Origin: Candidatus Lokiarchaeum ossiferum
GTDB lineage: Archaea; Asgardarchaeota; Lokiarchaeia; Sigyniarchaeales; Promethearchaeaceae
DNA: 32,000 nucleotides
Direction of reading: 5' to 3'
Assembly: GCA_025839675.1 (NCBI GenBank)
Contig: CP104013.1
Location: 5,700,001 to 5,732,000 of the forward strand
Position numbers and translations under genes: made by a program. The notes beneath the pieces were generated by a model. That model worked only from the letters and a program-made list of their open reading frames with translations, was not told where the DNA came from and ran no database searches. Position 1 is the stretch's first letter. Every line of letters begins with the position of its first letter. Of the stretch, positions 8,683 through 20,300 are shown one piece after another.

Positions 8683-9133
8683 TCAGTAAATCATATTTTT
8701 TTTTATTAATTCCATAATTGGAAATGAAAAATTCAATTTTACTTGTATTTAAATCAGATTTTTCACTGAGAATTAGAAGTAGTATAATCGTAATTATTAC
8801 TGTTAACCCTCCTATATTCTTAATAAATAAGGGTGAATCTTTTTGGATTTTGAACTTAGCGCAAGTGTTCTCAACAACGCCATAAAATTAAATTTATGGT
8901 ATTTTTTCATTGAATCTTAATATTTGATTATTATTAGCAATACAAAAAGTCTAATTTTTAACTGATTTTATAAAATATCCTTTCCTACATTCCGAAATGT
9001 CAGAATATGATCACTCGGAAACCAAAAGTTTTCCGAACCCACCACTCCAATGTCGCATTTCTTTCGCTTTTCACAATAATACTGGAAAATGGAAAATAAA
9101 GTCTTAAAAATCCCCAAAGTCAGAACTTGAATT

Positions 9134-9166
9134 AGTATAAATTTTTGCGTGGGAACGTTTTGCCAC
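9134..9166 (+). promoter_or_regulatory. Candidate promoter (TATA-like box) plus an overlapping imperfect palindrome upstream of the FAD oxidase gene
   Basis: AGTATAAATT lies at 9134-9143. GTGGGAACGTTTTGCCAC lies at 9149-9166; its outer GTGG/CCAC and inner AA/TT positions pair as an inverted repeat. GAGGT at 9186-9190 lies 9 nt upstream of the ATG at 9200. Confidence 0.3.
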
Positions 9167-9199
9167 ACAAAAATTTTCCTCTCTCGAGGTAAATTAGTT

Positions 9200-10687
9200 A
9201 TGGAATATAATAATTGTGAAAAGAAAGATGTCGAACATTTCGAATCTATCGTTGGGAAGACCTATGTCTCCGCCAACGCAGCCATTTGTGCCAGTTATCT
9301 GTCCAAGAGTGTTATGGGGTTGGAGTCACAAATTGGAGATTGTATTGTTCGTCCACGATATACCGAAGAAGTCCGCAAAATTTTGATCTGGTGTTCCGAA
9401 CGACGAATTCCAGTCTCACCATTGTCTGCGGGATTGTCGGGTGGGTTTGCTTGTCCAGTCATTAAACCGGGTGGCGTTGTACTTGATTTAGGTCGTATGA
9501 ACCGCATCATCGAAATTGATGAAGATAATCGTTATGCGATTATTGAACCCGGTGTGACCAACGGAGAATTATGGGCGTATATGAAAAAGTACCATCCCAA
9601 ATACATTCCTCCAGTCGCTGACGGTGCTCCTCCTGCCGCTACGGTGTTAGGGGATGGAATCGACCGAGGATTCTCGTTAGTCACCAGTTCTATGGGTCCT
9701 CAAGGAGAAGTTTTCATGGGTGCTGAAGTCTGTGTGCCTAATGGGGATATTTTAAATTACGGTTCTATGGCTTTAAATGGTGCGAAACCCTTCTATCGTT
9801 GGGGCTTAGGTCCAGAATTATTTTCCACCCTAATGGGTTCCCAAGGGACCATGGGTGTGGTCACCAAAGGTGTTGTGAAAATTTTCCCTCACCCTCATTT
9901 TAAAACTGTTAAGGCATGGGCTATGGGTAATTCTCATGACATGCAAGACTTAACTCTTGAAATTGGTAAACTCGAATTCGGAATTGCACATAATACGGTG
10001 ATGGTACAAGGCGGCAACTACCCTCTTGTGATGACTCGCTTCCCAAAAGATAAAATCCCAAACGATTATAAGTTCTTTGAGAAAATTGGAGTACCACGAT
10101 GGTGGATGAATTGGGAGATTTGGGCTAATACCCAAGAAGAGTTAGATTTTGTCTGTAAGACCATTGACGAGTATGCAGAAGACTTCAAAAAAAATCGCGC
10201 ACGCGAACCAGAAGCAATCCGAGAATGGAAATTACATCCAAAACAAATCGAATCTCGGATGAAAAAACCCAACAAGATTGCTATTCCTTACAGTCAATGG
10301 GAAGCTGGGTTCCTCTTCATTACATGGTATACTCCATGGAACGAATGTGCCGATTTTGCGGAATATTATAACGGCGTTTTGAAGAAATATGGCTTCCCAG
10401 AAGTCATGTGGATTGCTTCCATCGAACGCTGTCGACAAGCGATCTGTATGCCTATTGTATGTTTCGATAGTGCCAAACCGGAAGATTTCCAACGGGTACA
10501 AGACATGAATCGGGAAACCACCGAATATTGTTTAACCAAAGGTTGGATCAATTACCGACCAGATCCATATATACATGCCCCAATGACCTATTCCAAAGCG
10601 GGAACTTATTTAAAATACCTCCGCAAAGTGAAGGAAATGTTTGATCCGCATTATATTATGCACCCAGGGAGATTAATGTTGCCATAA
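9200..10687 (+). CDS. FAD-binding oxidoreductase, GlcD / D-lactate dehydrogenase-like (FAD_binding_4 type)
   Basis: The ORF track begins at a GTG at 9149. I prefer the ATG at 9200 (MEYNNCEKKD) because it has a GAGGT ribosome-binding element. The N-terminal PCMH-type FAD-binding pattern is RIPVSPLSAGLSGGFACPVIKPGGVVLDLGRMNRIIEIDEDNRYAIIEPGVTNGELW. Its partner Fe-S/CCG gene starts 22 nt downstream. Confidence 0.85.
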   Translation: MEYNNCEKKDVEHFESIVGKTYVSANAAICASYLSKSVMGLESQIGDCIVRPRYTEEVRKILIWCSERRIPVSPLSAGLSGGFACPVIKPGGVVLDLGRMNRIIEIDEDNRYAIIEPGVTNGELWAYMKKYHPKYIPPVADGAPPAATVLGDGIDRGFSLVTSSMGPQGEVFMGAEVCVPNGDILNYGSMALNGAKPFYRWGLGPELFSTLMGSQGTMGVVTKGVVKIFPHPHFKTVKAWAMGNSHDMQDLTLEIGKLEFGIAHNTVMVQGGNYPLVMTRFPKDKIPNDYKFFEKIGVPRWWMNWEIWANTQEELDFVCKTIDEYAEDFKKNRAREPEAIREWKLHPKQIESRMKKPNKIAIPYSQWEAGFLFITWYTPWNECADFAEYYNGVLKKYGFPEVMWIASIERCRQAICMPIVCFDSAKPEDFQRVQDMNRETTEYCLTKGWINYRPDPYIHAPMTYSKAGTYLKYLRKVKEMFDPHYIMHPGRLMLP

Positions 10688-10709
10688 GGCACCAGGAGAT
10701 GAAAAAAAG

Positions 10710-12119
10710 ATGCAACGATTAAAAGAATTACGTAATGATATTTACAAATGTATCCACTGTAAAGCCTGTCGATTTGCCTATTCGGGTGAACCTGATCGCG
10801 AAGGAATTGGAGAGCATACTGGAGTACAAGGAGATAAAACCTTTTACGAAGGGATGGTTCAAGCCTGTCCTGCAGGAATTGAATTCGGATGGGAAGCCTT
10901 CTGGAATGCGGGTAAAATTTGGATTGCACGTTCCGTATTAGAAGGGGACTTGGATTTGAAAGAACATGGGCAAGAGATTGCTGATGTGGCTTTCCCATGT
11001 ATCACCTGTGGAATGTGTGGGGCTCAATGTGAGAACAATGTGCGCACCGTAGATGTTATTGAAGCTCTTCGGGCTGCAGTGATTGAAGCCGGAACTAAAC
11101 CTTTACCTGTTCATGGAATTATGGCAAAGAACAGTGAGGTTAAGAACAATCCATATGGGGCAGTGAAAGACGAACGCACCAAATGGGCAAAGGATGCGGG
11201 AGTTTTCGATTCTATTATTGATAAAAAAACCAAAATTGGCTACTATGTTGGATGTACTGCCAGCTATCGCCAAACGAATATTGCAGTCGCCACGGTGAAA
11301 CTGCTTCAAAAAATTGGGTATGATATCACCATTTTGGATGAAGAATCCTGTTGTGGATCCCCCTTCTTCCGAACGGGATTGATCGATGAAGGCAAACGCA
11401 CTATGGAAAATAACTTGAAAATTTTCAAGGATTTTGAAATCTTAATCTTCAGTTGTGCCGGATGCTATCGAACCTTTACCATTGACTATCCTAAATGGAC
11501 TGGCAAGGCTAACACCTTCAAAACAATTCATGCGATGGAATTGATTTCTGAATTGGTTCGTCAAGAAAAAATCAAGTTCAAGGAACATCCAGAATTGACG
11601 GGCAAAACCGTGACCTATCATGATCCATGCCACACCGGGCGACATTATGGCTCCTGGTTCAAGGAAAGATTGATTGAAGAATCTACGAATTTAATGATGG
11701 ATATGCGCGCCGCGGGAAAAATCGAACATGAATGGTTTGAAGTCCCACGACGCATCATCAAAGCCCTCCCCGGAGTGACCTTTAATGAAATGTATCGAAT
11801 CAAGATGGATTCCTTCTGTTGTGGGGCCGGTGGTGGTGTGCGAGGGCAATATCCTGAATTCAGTATTAAAACCGCCCACTTACGGATGGATGAAGGGGAT
11901 GCGGTCGGTGCTGATATCATGTTAACCGAATGTCCATTCTGCTGGCGAAACCTCGATGATGCCAATAATCAATACAAGCATGGGAAGAAGGTTATGACCA
12001 TTTTGGAAATGATTTCCACTTATGATTTAATTGAATCGGCGGAAAAAATCGATGTCGAAGAAGCCCTGCGAGAAAATCATGCCGAACAACACTTCCCTTC
12101 CAACAAAAAGAAGAAGTAA
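10710..12119 (+). CDS. Fe-S cluster / double CCG-domain protein, GlcF / HdrD / LutA-like
   Basis: 469-aa ORF with AGGAG 12-16 nt upstream. Two ferredoxin-type cysteine motifs are present (CIHCKACRF...CPAG and CITCGMCGAQCE). Two CCG motifs are also present (ESCCGSPFF and DSFCCGAGGG), with the associated Cys patterns FSCAGCYR, HDPCH and ECPFC. Confidence 0.85.
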   Translation: MQRLKELRNDIYKCIHCKACRFAYSGEPDREGIGEHTGVQGDKTFYEGMVQACPAGIEFGWEAFWNAGKIWIARSVLEGDLDLKEHGQEIADVAFPCITCGMCGAQCENNVRTVDVIEALRAAVIEAGTKPLPVHGIMAKNSEVKNNPYGAVKDERTKWAKDAGVFDSIIDKKTKIGYYVGCTASYRQTNIAVATVKLLQKIGYDITILDEESCCGSPFFRTGLIDEGKRTMENNLKIFKDFEILIFSCAGCYRTFTIDYPKWTGKANTFKTIHAMELISELVRQEKIKFKEHPELTGKTVTYHDPCHTGRHYGSWFKERLIEESTNLMMDMRAAGKIEHEWFEVPRRIIKALPGVTFNEMYRIKMDSFCCGAGGGVRGQYPEFSIKTAHLRMDEGDAVGADIMLTECPFCWRNLDDANNQYKHGKKVMTILEMISTYDLIESAEKIDVEEALRENHAEQHFPSNKKKK

Positions 12120-12269
12120 CTCAAATTGTAATCTTTTTATTTTTTTACTCCATTTTTATTTCTTGAAAATCCTTTTACGATGCACCTCAATTCTTCAAAT
12201 TGTTTTCAGTTTCTCCAATTTGTTAAAATTAATGATGCGAACTATATTTCTAAATTGATTTATTTGATT

Positions 12270-12890
12270 TCAATTATCATTTTCATCAAAAACGCTTTTG
12301 CTATTGTTTTCTTGAAATAGTGTATTAATTTCTGATAAATCATTTTCGGTTAATGAAGTAGGGACGAATTGTTTGATATAGTCTAAATATCCTGTTTTTC
12401 CATTTTCCACTGTCCAAAAAGATGCAGAATCATAAATACATGCCAAACATAAATTTAATGTTGAAAATCCTCTACAATCAGACATTTGGATAAGTTCGGG
12501 GATAATTTTTAAGATGTTCTCAAATAGATCTAATTCTATCGGTTCCAAGCGAGTAGTGGAATTTATATCCGAAGAATGCTGTAATATATTGGCATTCCAT
12601 TGTTTTTGACTATATAACAAACATCCTAATGTATTCAATACATTATAATCATTTCCTAATGGGTATTGGTCTGCCCATGCCATGATTTGATGTTCTAAAT
12701 TAAATAGAATATATTCATACTTCCTTTTTGCGTATGCCATTTTAGAAGACGAAGGCAATTTGGGGGAGAATTTTAGAGTTTGGGCAAGAATTTCTCTCTT
12801 CTTTGGGGTCCCTTTGCTTTTTTTTATAATTTTATTTCGGGCATAGCGGACAAGATGTTTTTGACTATGCTTTGGGTTTTGCTTTGGCAT
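12270..12890 (-). CDS. Hypothetical protein (very basic N-terminal 50 aa; no recognisable domain)
   Basis: 206-aa ORF ending in TGA. There are no antisense competitors of similar length. The true start could be Met51 (MAYAKRKYEY). Confidence 0.5.
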   Translation of the reverse strand: MPKQNPKHSQKHLVRYARNKIIKKSKGTPKKREILAQTLKFSPKLPSSSKMAYAKRKYEYILFNLEHQIMAWADQYPLGNDYNVLNTLGCLLYSQKQWNANILQHSSDINSTTRLEPIELDLFENILKIIPELIQMSDCRGFSTLNLCLACIYDSASFWTVENGKTGYLDYIKQFVPTSLTENDLSEINTLFQENNSKSVFDENDN

Positions 12891-13064
12891 AATTGATTTT
12901 TAAATTTAAGAATATTAAATTATTTATTATTAGAGCCCTAATATCTCAAAGAGAACTAATTTTCTTCTAACAACCAAGTAGCAGAGATTTTTGGGAAATA
13001 AGAAAAAGAATTTGGAATGAAATCTCATTGAAAAACGTTTTTTGTAAAATCATCATCAGATTTT

Positions 13065-13472
13065 TTAAAACAAATAGGACTTTACATGTAAGTGGGGGAT
13101 TTTTGGTAGGATTTTTTCTGTAGTGTGAAATGTGGCTTTCTTTTGCAGAGCGATAGCAATTGCAATACAATCATTGTAAGATAATTTGGCTCGATGCTGA
13201 CATTTCAACCTTCCTGCTTGAACAATTAACTCATGAGATAAATCCACAAAGTTGATATCAAATGCTCGATAAAATGATTGCAACACAGATTCGGCATAAT
13301 TGTGCCCTTTTAACACACACAAGTGTTTAAACACTTCAAGAAGGATTTCTTTAGCAATGAATGTGTTAGCGGGATTTGTTTTGATTAGCTCCATTAATAA
13401 ACTGAACTCTTTTGGAGTGTTTTGTAAGAAATAAAGAGAAAGGACGCCTGCATCCAAACAATGAAAGACCAT
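13065..13472 (-). CDS. vapC: PIN-domain toxin, VapC-like
   Basis: 135-aa ORF. An N-terminal acidic residue sits in MVFHCLDAGVLSLYF (cf. LDTSVL). Late acidic/small residues sit in LSYNDCIAIAIALQKKATFHT, typical of PIN. Its start is 1 nt downstream of the stop of the AbrB-type gene. Confidence 0.7.
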   Translation of the reverse strand: MVFHCLDAGVLSLYFLQNTPKEFSLLMELIKTNPANTFIAKEILLEVFKHLCVLKGHNYAESVLQSFYRAFDINFVDLSHELIVQAGRLKCQHRAKLSYNDCIAIAIALQKKATFHTTEKILPKIPHLHVKSYLF

Positions 13473-13473
13473 C

Positions 13474-13713
13474 TTAGAACTCCAAGTCTAATTCTTCCCG
13501 CTTAGATTTTAAGTAAATTTTTTTAAATTCTTCTACTGTTGCCGATTGTTTTTTCAATTCCTGGAGTGGGATTATAGGTGTGATTCGCATTGTCCCATCT
13601 TCATTTTCATTAATTATAACATGATCTCCATCATTAAAGTGAAATTTCTTGCGTAGACTAGCTGGAATCGAGATCATTCCCTTATTGGTTATTTTCACGG
13701 TTTTTTGAATCAT
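13474..13713 (-). CDS. vapB: AbrB/SpoVT/MazE-fold antitoxin, VapB-like
   Basis: 79-aa ORF. ITNKGMISIPASLRKKFHFNDGDHVIINENEDGTMRITP is the swapped-hairpin AbrB-type DNA-binding pattern. It sits immediately upstream of the PIN gene. Confidence 0.75.
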   Translation of the reverse strand: MIQKTVKITNKGMISIPASLRKKFHFNDGDHVIINENEDGTMRITPIIPLQELKKQSATVEEFKKIYLKSKREELDLEF

Positions 13714-13880
13714 TATTATTACTAAGAATATTGGGAAAAACTAAGTATATGAATTTTATCTCAGTTTTTTATTTTTCTATCTTGACTATTCTGGAAAAAA
13801 GTTACCATTGATTGGGCAGAATTGATTTACGTGTGAACAAGTTTTGATGAAGTTTGTCTATCGGTGAGATCACCAAATTT

Positions 13881-14128
13881 ATGAGTGGGTTCTGCTTCCA
13901 AGTCTTTTGTGCTGCTTTTTTATCTGGGGCAATTCGGCAAACGGCAAATAATCTGCATAATCAGAAACAAAACGCGTCTCCCCAAAACCAAAATACTGAA
14001 CCAATTAGTGAGACATCATCAAATCAAAATTTTTCAGGGCAAGCTAAAAAACTTTGTTCTGGATGTGGAGAATTGATTGAGATCCTACTAGTAAGATATG
14101 TGCTTATTGTGGGGCTCAAATTAAATAG
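13881..14128 (+). pseudogene. Small zinc-ribbon protein gene interrupted by a 1-nt frameshift
   Basis: Frame 0 (ATG 13881) reads ...AKKLCSGCGELIE through 14081. The frame starting at 14081 reads DPTSKICAYCGAQIK then TAG (14126-14128). Joined, they give CxxC-x13-CxxC, a complete zinc-ribbon knuckle pair. Neither frame alone contains both halves. Confidence 0.35.
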
Positions 14129-14348
14129 ACACTGCTCATTTTCTACAAGTATTTTTCCTAATTTTTTTTCTATGTCCTAATTTACAATAGAAATGTAATA
14201 CAAAAAATCTGCGTGAGTAATTTTGTGAAATAAATTACACCGCCCCAAAAATACTAACAAAAAAAATTACTTATTGGGAATTCGGGTGCACTGAATGAAG
14301 TCAAGAGACCTGCGAAAAGACTTAATTAATAGACATAAAAAAATAGAA

Positions 14349-17300
14349 TTAAAGATCTGGAATCATATTGATTAAGGTGACTATTATTTCCCCATTTTCA
14401 GTTAAATTTAAGTGTTCATCAATCAATTCCAGTTGTTGTAACCTCAATATGGATGGAATTACAACCAAAATTTTTGTTTTATTTTCTAAGTCTTTTTGAT
14501 TTTTAATTCCTTCTTCTATTGTTTTTAAAACCAATCGTTCTTCCTTTGAAAGTTGTTGGATAAAAGGTTTAAATTTTTCAGCTAAGGCTTTTGTCCGTGG
14601 ATTAACAGCAAACACAACTCCTTCCGCTCTTAACTCGTGGATTGAATTAAAAGTAGTGATCTCTTTTTTACCGTACGCGGCTAAGGCTATAATCATGTCC
14701 CGAACTTTAAAGCTGCAATCAAAATTCACTTTAGCTTCTTTAACAATCAATGATTGCACTGATTTCTTTCCATAAGACTTTAAAAATCCGGGCACTTTGG
14801 ATAAGATCAGATTATGGGGATATAGTAAATCCACATGCAGCATTTCTTCCACAATTTTCATAATGGGTTCTCTTGGAATTTCTTCCCCGATCCAATTATT
14901 AAAAATCTCCTTATGGGTATCTTCAAGTTTTTGATTGAATTTCTGAACGCTCTTTTTCATAGATTCACCTGGAGATTTTAGAAGTAAAACGGCTGTCCGA
15001 ATAAATTCCCCATCTTTTACCACAATTTTAAATTGCTGGTATGAAAGTTCTTCCAATCCTTGATTCCCATCCATGGGTGTTGAGTTACTTTCTAAATTCA
15101 TTTCTGGCTTCAAATTTGATCCAATTTCCTTTCCAAAAGAAGAAATTGCGGACAAAAATCCACTAATTAAATTGGCATCTATTGGAATATTTGAAAAGCT
15201 TTGCGAAAATAAAGATAATCCATTTTGTTTATGTATTATCAACATATATTGGATATTTTCAATATCTGCAAATTGTCGATGAATTTCAATCATTTGAAGT
15301 CGACGTTTGTTTCGTTTCGGAACATAAATTCCTCGATATGTTACCATACTTAAAACTATAAGACTAACCAAACTAATAGAAATAGGGAGAACATTATCCC
15401 AAATTATGATCCAAGTGTTGATAACTCTCACATTGTATAAATTATCTTGATTAGCGTTAAGGTTTGTAGTTTCATAAATACTGCTCGCCTCAAATATCGG
15501 TACTATTGTGAAACTACCTACTGAATCTACTACTATTGTTGTAGTTGCAATTCCTTCAGCGTTAGTGCTAGCAGTCGTATCAGAAATGGATTCTCCAATA
15601 GAATTTCTTAAAATAAATCGAATCGTTTGACCTTGAAGTTCTTTTCCATTTTCATCAATAAGTTTGACCGAAAATGTAAAATCTCCCGAAAAATCCTCTT
15701 TAACTTTAGTGTCCAATAGAATTAAGGTCGTTTTTAATCTTGGTAATATCGAATAGCTAATTACTTTTTGAAAACTTGATATTTTAGAAGTTCCCGAAAA
15801 GCTAATGCTAATATTCATCCAATCCCCACCATCATCAAATGGAATTTCATAGGAAATGTAGATCGATGAATTAATGATTATGGTATCGGTTAAATAGATC
15901 GAAGAACCTGCAAAATAGATGATTATCGTTGTTTCCAGACCATTCAATGTCTCGACACTAGATGAATTTGTGAATAATGCTTGGATGTTGTAATCGGTTA
16001 TTGCCCCATGTCTAAGATCCTCTTGGATATTCACAATTTCGAAATTAACATCCCACTTATCCCAAATATCAATTGTATAGACTATCATGAAACTTTGAAT
16101 TGTCGAGTTTCCTTGGAAATTTAAGGTAATATTTAGCCAATCGCCACAATCTTGAGGTATTTCATAATCTATGACAATAATACCTGAAAAACCGAACCAA
16201 GCTTGCCGAATAATGGGATCCATTCCTTCATATTCATAGATTATGAAAATTGATTCAGTATAAAATGAAAAGTTACATGAAGAATCTAAATATTTGGCTA
16301 AAATGTTTAAATCAAATTCTTCTCCAATTCGGTACATCGATTTCAAATTTGTAATTTCAAATGAAGTTTCCCATTTCATAAGGATTACTTGATCAACTAT
16401 ACTTGCACTTGCATAGCCATTTATCGCAGTTCCTGCATAATCAATAAAAAAAGTAATATTTTGATACCCATCAGGAATGGCTGGGGTAAGATATTCATAC
16501 ACTCCATCTTCATTAACATAAATTTGTTGAATAAAAACTAAGTTTTGATTATCCCCATCTACCCAAGCAGCTACAGTTAAATAAATGTCAATATAGTCTT
16601 CATATGAACTAATTGACAAATTTCCCGATAATATTACCTGATATCCTACCCTCAGCATAGAGTCTGCATCTAATTCTATGCTTAAGTTGACTGAATTTTT
16701 TCCCTTTATGAAATTGTTTAAGTCTGCATAGGATGAATTTTGAATATATGGAGTTCCGAGATAAATAACATGAACATCCAGTGTTGTTTCAGCATATTCA
16801 CTTGATATCATCTGCGAATATGAAATCATACCAAATCCATCAGTTGTTTTAAAAATTTGGAGGGATTCGAATCCATCAAAGTTCAAGATAATTTGTATTT
16901 CTGCATCGAAAATCGGGGAACTATTTAATATATATGATAAATTAACAACTAAATCCATTATTTTTCCAATTTGGAGTGATTCTGTGAGTAGGATGTTTAT
17001 TTGAGACTCCTTTTTCTCCAATATTTGGAAATTTGATTGAATCCAAGATGCATTTTCACAATTTATCAGATTTGCTGTTATTTCTAGTATATATATGCCT
17101 GGTTCTAAATGAAATCCATCTTCGGTAAAATCAATTGAAGAAGCATACACTCCTGAAAGCAAATTTGTCAAGTTTCCATAAGCAAGCATTTCAAAACTTT
17201 CATTTTGTATTTTCCACGATAAATCCCCCCCACTTAATGGCAATGGGCTTTCTATTTGGTTTATATTGTCAAATGTTGCATAAATATCTACTTTCGATTC

Positions 17301-20300
17301 TTCGTATAAAGGTTCCAAGGTATTACTCACTAATTGAGTTGCAATAGGGAGAATCGCCGTTGAGAATTCGATGTAAGTACTATTGTATCCATCTAAAGAA
17401 ATGGTAAGAGATAGGGTATAATTAAAAGTATCCATTCGAGATGTAGTATTTAAGCCATAGGCATTAAGATTTATATAATAAAGACCTCTATCTGATTCCT
17501 TTTGAGTTTGCTGGTAGATATCTACACCATAAAAAATATTATCTGTCCCATTAAATTTCCCCGTTAGTTGTCCATTTGATAATGGTGCTCCATTGGAAGA
17601 ATTGGTCACATTAACTTCAATTGTACTCTTTTGATTGTCATCAACCCTCGGCAAATTATTAGAATGGATCAATCCTGTATATATATCAGTATTAAATGCC
17701 CCAGAAATAATATTCATACTCATAGGATATCCAGATATTTTAATTATTGAATATAATTTAACTTCGTCATAAAATGGATATGTTACTTCAATAAATATAT
17801 CATAATTTCCAATAGGGACAGATCTCGTTTTGAATTCAAGGGTATAATTCCCTTCAGATCCAAAACTGGAATTTTCGTAAACTTCTCCTATCAAGTATTG
17901 ATTTGGAGGCCAATCAATCCCCCACAAATTTTCAGAATCTGACCAAAATATATTCAAATAATTCTCAGCCCCCGAAATTGGAAGTCCTTTTTCATGAGAT
18001 ATGTTTAAATAGAAATTGCCTACATCTCCAGAATTCAATTCGTTCATTTTTTGAGTAATATTGGCATTTAAGGAACGCCATACTTCAAAAGTACCTCTGG
18101 CAATCCCCAATTGTGTTGTTTGACCACCTTCTGTATTGTTCCATATTGCATAAATTGAATATTCTCCGACTCCAGTATCGTTAATAATCCAAGATGAGTC
18201 TGTTAAATTGCCTGATATATGTGGAAAGTATGCGGGAAATTGAGGGATTATTTCATTTGATGCATCAAATATTGTGATGTTATAATTTCCTTCAACTTCT
18301 TCAATATTTGATTGGTTTACCTGAAGAATTGTAGAATTTTGATCATAAAATCTTGTGTTTTCGGGGGCATCATCATGAATGAGAAATACATCGGCCAAAC
18401 AATTTTTTGAAGAATATGTAAGAATCCACGTCCCGTTGATATAATTAAAATCATTCAATTTTTCTGTTGCCTCAGCTATAGTCAAATTTTGACTATTTGG
18501 GTTGTTTTGACTACCATTTGTTGAAAATCCCTTGGCATATTCTGGTGTTACCCCTGTCGGATCAACACCTCCCGTCCAAAGCCAATCTGTTGAATTTTCT
18601 CCCAATCCATCATAAGCAGGTAAATCCACTACCGTAAAGTTGTAACCTCTGGGATTGAAATTCTCATACTCATGATTGATTAGTTGATCGAAAGTATTTG
18701 CATTATCGTACGAGACATTCCAAAGAATCCGTTCAGGTGCAATTTCTGAAAAACTCGGAATGATGTAGGTTGCCGATGCGTTATTTGATTGATTCCTTGA
18801 AATAATTAGGTTATCTTCAAACTCAAGAAAACTTGATGCATATAATGGGTTAGTGATGTTAAAAGCCATGGTAAGGTTGTTATTTTCTAGTGGAACTTTA
18901 GAATCAATGCCAAATTCTGTTTGGTTTATCCAACTTGTGCCATTCCACCGTTGCAATCCTACCTTTGTTAAATTTGGTTGATTATAAATGACCTCCAAAA
19001 AAATATCATCAAAGGATACCGAAAAATCCCAAGTGTGAGGTCTCTCCCCTCCCAAATTTAAAATCCCTAAATGAAATATAAATTGGTCAGAATTTAGGAT
19101 TGATTTGTGGCGAGTTGATAAATTATATTGTAAATTTTTTGATTCTTGCGGTGCTGTAAATATATCATCAATGAATCCTAATGGGACAAATATTTCACTC
19201 CCAGAATTATTAGCAAATACTGAAAATAAATACCAATTTCGCATTTGAAAGGTATTATCAAAATTAATCTCGCATTCAAATTCTAAATTTCCAATATCAT
19301 ATTGATCTTCCTCAATTGCTCTTATAAAAACCCCGCCAAACGACACTTGAACTTCATCACTTGTATCATTGATATTTTCAAACCAAATCCCAAAATCTAA
19401 AGTATGATTCGATTTTTGAGAATCAATAAGCTCAGTAATATCAAAAATTCTGACTACATAATCATGACCTAGCGGTTCTCCAATATTTGCTAGTGAATTT
19501 TCTAAGGTCGTTGCAGTGGCATTTGGATAACTTACCCCATTCGTGTCTGTTCTTCCATCAATATATTGACCATCAATTCTGGCTATTATACTCAAATTGT
19601 CTGAAGCTTCGAAACTTAATGCTTCTACTTTCCAATATGTGATAAACTCATATTTTTTAGGGATAAAATCTGGAGCAGTTAGTTCTGGAAAAACAACATT
19701 CCAGCCTATCGAGGGGTTACCTAAAGTAAGTAAACTACTTCCCGCATGTATATATGCTTGCAATGATTCGTCCACATCATTATATTCAAGTCTTCGATTT
19801 GAAGCTTTCTTGTCTCCTCCATATGGATTATCAAAGTCCCTTTCCCAATTACTTCCTGATATTCCAATCAACTCATCACCCCAACTTGGTTCCTCATTAA
19901 ATTGATTATATAATGCAAATTCTGAATTACCTGTTGATATAAGTTCCGTTTCATGAATTTCTGCTTCTGGATCTGGTTTTGTGATATCTTCTTGTGACCA
20001 CACTGCCAAGGCGTCTCTTGGTATATATGGATTGATAACTCCATTATCAGCTGTACTAATAATTCCGAGCTCATTTGAATAATCACCACGGAATCCCCAT
20101 GAATCGTCAGAAACATATTGAGATGCAGAAAAATCCCATTCTCTTTCCATGGATGATGCCTCTATACTCCCATCTCGAGTGATGTTCCATTCTTGAGCAA
20201 TTGCGTCAATATTCATAGTGTGTGAATTTATATTCCAATTTTCGGGAATTCCAATCGTGAAGTTTTCTGTGGAAATGTCTAAACGAGATTTCTCAGCTGT

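Noticed and set aside
8968-9168. 66-aa minus-strand ORF in the spacer upstream of the FAD oxidase gene.
   Set aside because: It covers the candidate promoter/operator region, has no recognisable motif or ribosome-binding site, and its 5' end runs through the TATA-like box and palindrome at 9134-9166 that I assign to the oxidase promoter.
12967-13170. 67-aa minus-strand ORF overlapping the 3' end of the PIN (vapC-like) gene.
   Set aside because: It overlaps vapC in another frame, has no motif, and is low-complexity. The PIN ORF explains the region.
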